From NCBI RefSeq assembly GCF_036365525.1, contig NC_090377.1, forward strand, positions 103,368,265-103,432,264: a stretch of 64,000 nt of DNA. The letters run 5' to 3'. Source of the DNA: Heterodontus francisci. Its lineage: Eukaryota. The position numbers and the translations under genes are program-made. The notes beneath the pieces were generated by a model. That model was not told where the DNA came from, made no database searches, and was given only the letters and a program-made list of their open reading frames with translations. Below are positions 59,107 to 64,000 of the stretch, piece after piece. Position 1 is the stretch's first letter; the number at the start of each line of letters is the position of its first letter.

Positions 59107-61175
59107 TGTCATGCCCATGCAATCCGAAATTATGAGCTATAAAATGAGCTTATGAAGTAAACCCAAAATGGACATTTTTCTTGTAAACCAAGTGGAGTAA
59201 GAGGTCAGGTGACCCTTCCTTTCCTGCCAATACGCATAGAGCTACATCCTTTCTGTGGAAATGACTGATTCTCTCCAACTGAATGGGTTAACAATACTGT
59301 CACAGATGATTGACACCAAACTCAAATTCCAAAGGATGGGTGTGAAAAGCCTTACTTTATCAAGGTGAGATGAGGATGAATGGCACCCAGACTCCATTGT
59401 CTTACCATCAGCAACCATTTATGAGGACAATGGAAGGAAAAACTATGGTCACATGACAGAAACTAGGGGCTGAATTTTGTGGGAGGCATCCCGCCTCAAA
59501 CTTAAAAACTTCAAAGGGATGGGTATTCCCACCTCCAAGAGCTGCCAGACAATCAGAGGGCTGGCAGCTCAGCGGTATTGGCAGCACCACCGGGAGCGGT
59601 GGCCACTGCCATTATTGCAGAAGCCTTGGATCCAGGCCCAGCAGTGGATCCTTGGTACAGAGGTAGGTGAGGCGGGGTGGCAGGGGCCAGTTCGGAAGGC
59701 CCTGGCAAGGGGGGTGGGGAGCTTCTCATTCAGTCTGGGGGGGGAGGGGCGGTTCCTGGGGGGGTAAAGTTGTTCCAGTAGGGGGCCTCCGGTGGCCACA
59801 AATTGCCCAAGGTGGAAAGATGCCCCCCCACCCCCAAGCCCGCAGCAAAAGTGCCTAATTTTAAATGGCATCCTCCACATGCGGCGGAGGCACCACCCAC
59901 TACTGGTCGGTTCCCACCCAGCGGCGGTGGGACAAGGCCCTGAATTGGCCATGAAGAGGCCATTTAAGGGCCTCGATTGGTCTCTGGGCGGGTAGGCCAT
60001 TGTCGGTCTAGCCTGCCCCTGAGAAGATTGCTGGGTGACAGAGAGGAGACAGGCCCTCCGCCCCACCACCACCACCCCCACCAGCCATCACAATTCTCCG
60101 TGCTCCCCACCTCCCCACCTTCGATCCCACCTCGGAGTGGCCTGTAAAATCCCAGCCTAGGTATCTGATAAGGAGCTTTAATCAAGGTATATTCTGGGAA
60201 GACAAAGAAGATCCATCTATGCCATCTATGGAGCAGGTAACATTTGCACCACACAAGTGCAAGGCATTAACCATCTCCAACAACAGAGAACGGGTGGGAA
60301 ACTCAGGAGGAAGCCAAGATGGATCATCGGCTCAGTACTTCTGGCTGAAGATGGGTGCAAAATGCTTCAGCCTTGTCCTTTGCACTGAAGTGCTAGATGC
60401 CGCCATCATTGAGGATAGGGATATTGTTACGGACAGGTGAAAGATGATAGGGACGGTTCTTCCTTTCAACCTTTCGACTGACCAAAAACAGTATGTTTCT
60501 TTTTAAAAACAGTGTTTCTTAATCCTGAGTGCTTTTGTGATCAAGAACAGACAAATGACAGGTTTTCTTATAAGTTTAAAGAAAGATGAATGATTATTAT
60601 CCGACACTTGAAATATATGCAACAACACCCACTCTCTCACTCATACAGATAGACACACACTCAAGAAAAGATAGAGACTATAAAGATAGCATGCATTAGA
60701 TCTGACGATTTTAACAAGTTATCTGTTGAACTTGCTTTCCCCCGGGGTGAAGACTTGAAACGGTGCAGACCTGTAATCTTTTCCCTTGTTCACTGAAGAA
60801 CTACTTGGGAGCTTCAGGAAGATGGATGCATTGTTGCAGACTGCTCTTGTTATATTCCAGCCAATGGTCAATGGCAAAGTCCTGGTATGATTTCTTAGGT
60901 CGGGAGATCAAGGCCAAACTTCAGTCACTGCTGACATGAGGTTCAAAGCTGGTAATCTTGGGTAGGGTTCTTCCTCTTCGATCATAACACTAGTCTTCAG
61001 CCAATTCTACTTACTCCATGTGATATGAAGAAATGGCCATACACACGGGGTTCAGCAATGATTATGGATCACAACAACATCCGTGCTGAAGACTTGTGCT
61101 CCAGAACCAGGGGCACTCATAGCCAATCTGTTCCAGTAGAGCTACAACACTCACATCCAGCTGACAAAGTGAAAA
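59107..61175. mobile_element. LTR split by an inversion: 5' part from 59107 (+), 3' part 60425-~61175 (-), TSD ATAT
   Basis: ATAT|TGTCA at 59103-59111 and ATAT|TGTTAC at 60421-60430 (reverse complement GTAACA|ATAT followed by the expected LINE continuation). Confidence 0.6.
59467..60157. mobile_element. GC-rich MITE, probably Harbinger-derived
   Basis: Imperfect TIRs GGGCTGAATTTT / AAAATCCCAGCC; 3-bp TAG on both sides. Confidence 0.6.
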
Positions 61176-61264
61176 GTTTTTCAGGTATGTCCTGTCCACA
61201 ACAAGCAGGACAAATCCAATCCGGATAATTACAATCAGCAAAGTGATGGAAGGTGTCATCAATG

Positions 61265-61595
61265 GGGCGGCACAGTGGTACAGTGGTTAGCACTGCAGCC
61301 TCACAGCTCCTGGGACCCGGGTTCGATTCTGGGTACTGCCTGTGCGGAGTTTGCAAGTTCTCCCTGTGACCGCGTGGGTTTTCGCCGGGTGCTCTGGTTT
61401 CCTCCCACCTCCAAAGACTTGCAGGTGATAGGTAAATTGGCTGTTGTAAATTGCCCTGAGTGTAGGTAGGTGGTAGGGAATATGGGATTACTGTAGGGTT
61501 AGTATAAATGGGTGGTTGTTGGTCGGCACAGACTCGGTGGGCCGAAGGGCCTGTTTCAGTGCTCTATCTCTAAATAAATAAATAAAAATCAAATA
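61265..61595 (+). mobile_element. V-domain SINE (HE1-like)
   Basis: Family sequence; (TAAA)n tail. Confidence 0.85.
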
Positions 61596-63329
61596 AATAG
61601 TGCTATCAAGCAGCACTAACCAACCAATAACCTGCTCATCAGTTCTCAGGTGTGGTTCTGTCAGGATCACTTAACTTGAGACTTCATTACAGCCTTGATC
61701 CAAACATGAACAAAAGAGATGAATTCCAGAGATGAGGTGAGAGTGAATTCCCCTTGACGTAAAGGCAGCATTTCACTGACCCTGGCATCAAGAAGTACGT
61801 AAAATTGAAATCAATGGGAAGCAGAGGGAAAACGTTCCACTCACTGAAGTCATACCTGGCACAAAGGAAGATAGTTGTGGTTTATCTCAGCCTCAACACA
61901 TTGAAGCAGGAGTTTCTCAGGGTATCGTCCTAGGCCCAAATATCTTCATCTGCTTCATCAATGGCCTTCCCTCCATCATAATGTTAAAAGTGGGGATGTT
62001 CACTGATGATGGCACAGTGTTCAGTTCCATTCACAGCTCCTCAGATACTGAAGTAGACCGTGCCAGCATGCAGCAAGACCTGGACAACTTTCAGGTTTGG
62101 GTTGCTAGGTGGCAAGTAACATTTTCGCCATGCAAGTGCAAGGCATTAACCATCTCCAACAACAGAGAACCTAACCACCTTCCACCAAATTTTCAACAGC
62201 AATACCATCGCTAAATCCCCCACCATCAACATCCTGGAGGTCACCACTGATTGGAAACTTAACTGGACTAGCCACAGAAATCCTTTGACGTCAAGAGCAG
62301 GTCAGAGACTGCCTTTTCTATGGCAGGGTGCTCACCTCCTGACTCCCCAAAGCCTTTCCACCATCTACATAGCAAAAGTCAAGAGGGTGATGGAATGCTC
62401 TCCACCTGCCTGGATAAGTGCAGCTCCAACAACACTCAAGGAGTGCAACATCATCCAGGGGGCAGAGCAGCCTGTTGATTGTACCCCATCCACCAGTTTA
62501 CACATTCACTCCCTCCATCACTGATGCACCACAGCTACAGTGTGTAGCATCTACAATATGAACTGCAGCTACTCACCAAGACTTCTTTAACAGCACATTC
62601 CAAATCTGTGATCTCTATCACCTAGAAGAACTAAGGCAGCAGGTGCATGGGGAAACCACCTGCACGTCCCCGTTCAAGTCACACACCATCTTGACTTGGA
62701 AATATATCATCTTTCCGTCATCGTCACTGTGTCAAATTTCGACATCTTCTACCCAACAGAACTGTGAGAGACCTACACCACACAGACCGTGGAGGTTCAA
62801 GAAGGTGGCTCATCACCACCTTCTCCATGGCAAGTAGAGATGGACAATAAATCTGGCCTTGCCAGAAAAGCTCATATCCCATGAACAAATGAAAAAAAAA
62901 ATGGTCGAAAGTAGACAGAGTGGAGCCATTCAGGGTACGTACAATACCTCAATGCCTGTTAGATGGCCTTCGTCGGCCTTAACATTGTCAATTGTTATCA
63001 ACTTATCAACTGATGCTTTGACAATTGATTTAAATGGAAGTTAGACCTAATTCGAGACAAACCTGGAGACATAGTCTGTGGAAGAGAATGGCTGGTTAAA
63101 ACTAGACAGAGTGGAGCCAGTGATTTACAGCTTGATAGGAGAATATTCATACACCACACAATATAAGGAAAAGGCTTTAAGTGTAAGAGCACGAACAGAA
63201 TTAAACACAGCAGAGTTTTGAACAGGACAGTCCATGCTGCACTGTTGACAAAGGTTTGGGTAGTACCACCCTTGAACACTTTAAGCAGAACTTTTCTGCA
63301 GGCTTTGTGACCCTAACATTGGGACCAAA

Positions 63330-63790
63330 TTGGGGTTCTGAGCCCCCACTTGCCAGCAATGAGACCAGTGGCACAATCTTCCCGAAAGGGGCCTCCTAAA
63401 TGGCTGACTCTGCACTCCCGTTCAATTAAGGACAGTGGGTGGCTTCTCAATCAGAGAACTGGCAGCTTTAGCGTCTTGGCAGCCTCATGGGCACTGATGT
63501 GGCAGTACAGAGACTGCAAGAGCACCTCAACATGGAGGCACCCTTGAAAGTGTAAAATTAAATAAACAATTCTGAGGGACAAAGATAATCGTCCCCTTAG
63601 AGCGGAGGAGAGTACCCTGGGGTGTATTGTTTGCATCTTTTCCTGCCGGCAGCCCTATCAGTGGGGCATGGAGCCTTTGGTTGCATTGGAACATGGACTT
63701 GCCGTAGGGAGGCCACCTCCATTGAGCTGGCCGACTCCGCACATGGCGGGGGCCCCTCCGCTGCCAGCAAAATGATGGCTGTCATGATTG
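63330..63790. mobile_element. GC-rich MITE-like remnant
   Basis: CCACCTCCATTGAG...CTCCGCA...GGCGGG shared with 16820-16860. Confidence 0.4.
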
Positions 63791-64000
63791 TATGTGTGGG
63801 CTTGAGTGTTAGAGAATGCATGGTGCTTGGAAGGAAAACTGAAAGTAGCTTTGTGCGTTGGGGAAAACACCTGACCTGCGGGTTGTTGTAAGGTCAGATA
63901 AGCTTATGCTACTGTAGTGAGAATGGTGATCAGAACTCCACAGAAGTCTATAATAAAACACTTGTTAAATCTTTGTTCAAGTTAAAGCTGTGATTTCAAG

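Larger units (their letters stand above)
57820..62900 (+). mobile_element. Second-family LINE (APE+RT), rearranged, with nested CR1 tail (57921-58068), LTR, MITE and SINE
   Basis: Homologous to 30760-34450; VGMFTDDGTV, WQVTFSP.KC motifs; tail shared with 17540-17745. Confidence 0.8.

Noticed and set aside
59467-60157. CpG-island promoter or GC-rich coding ORFs (59569-60081 etc.)
   Set aside because: Bounded by TIR-like ends and a 3-bp duplication; ORFs have no recognisable domain
46300-64000. A fourth crystallin gene or pseudogene
   Set aside because: No Greek-key coding sequence found by eye on either strand; a very decayed remnant cannot be excluded without a search

Overview
Eukaryotic, repeat-rich vertebrate DNA, most likely a cartilaginous fish (shark), inferred from V-domain/HE1-type SINEs, abundant CR1 LINEs and the crystallin sequences. 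The only host genes I can support are three tandem, intact, 3-exon gamma-crystallin genes on the minus strand: CDS spans 2760-4584, 18288-20873 and 35224-36990, each 9+243+276 nt = 175 aa. Each has a TATA box, a conserved SOX/half-MARE-like promoter module and an AATAAA. Nearly everything else is transposable-element debris: CR1, L2, RTE and other LINEs, tRNA-derived SINEs, a Gmr1-like Gypsy element and solo LTRs, a two-gene Harbinger transposon and MITEs, and Penelope-like elements (PLEs). The most notable hidden signal is a family of minimal hammerhead-ribozyme motifs (7 copies) in PLE termini. Two of them are ~105-130 nt ribozyme-plus-tail mini-insertions with clear target-site duplications, and one has its empty site in a paralogous segment inside the window. 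Also seen: homogenised crystallin exons despite diverged flanks, a duplicated gene-3 3' flank with no gene next to it, and a local inversion that splits an LTR. All calls are by eye, with no database searches; TE boundaries are approximate unless a TSD is given.
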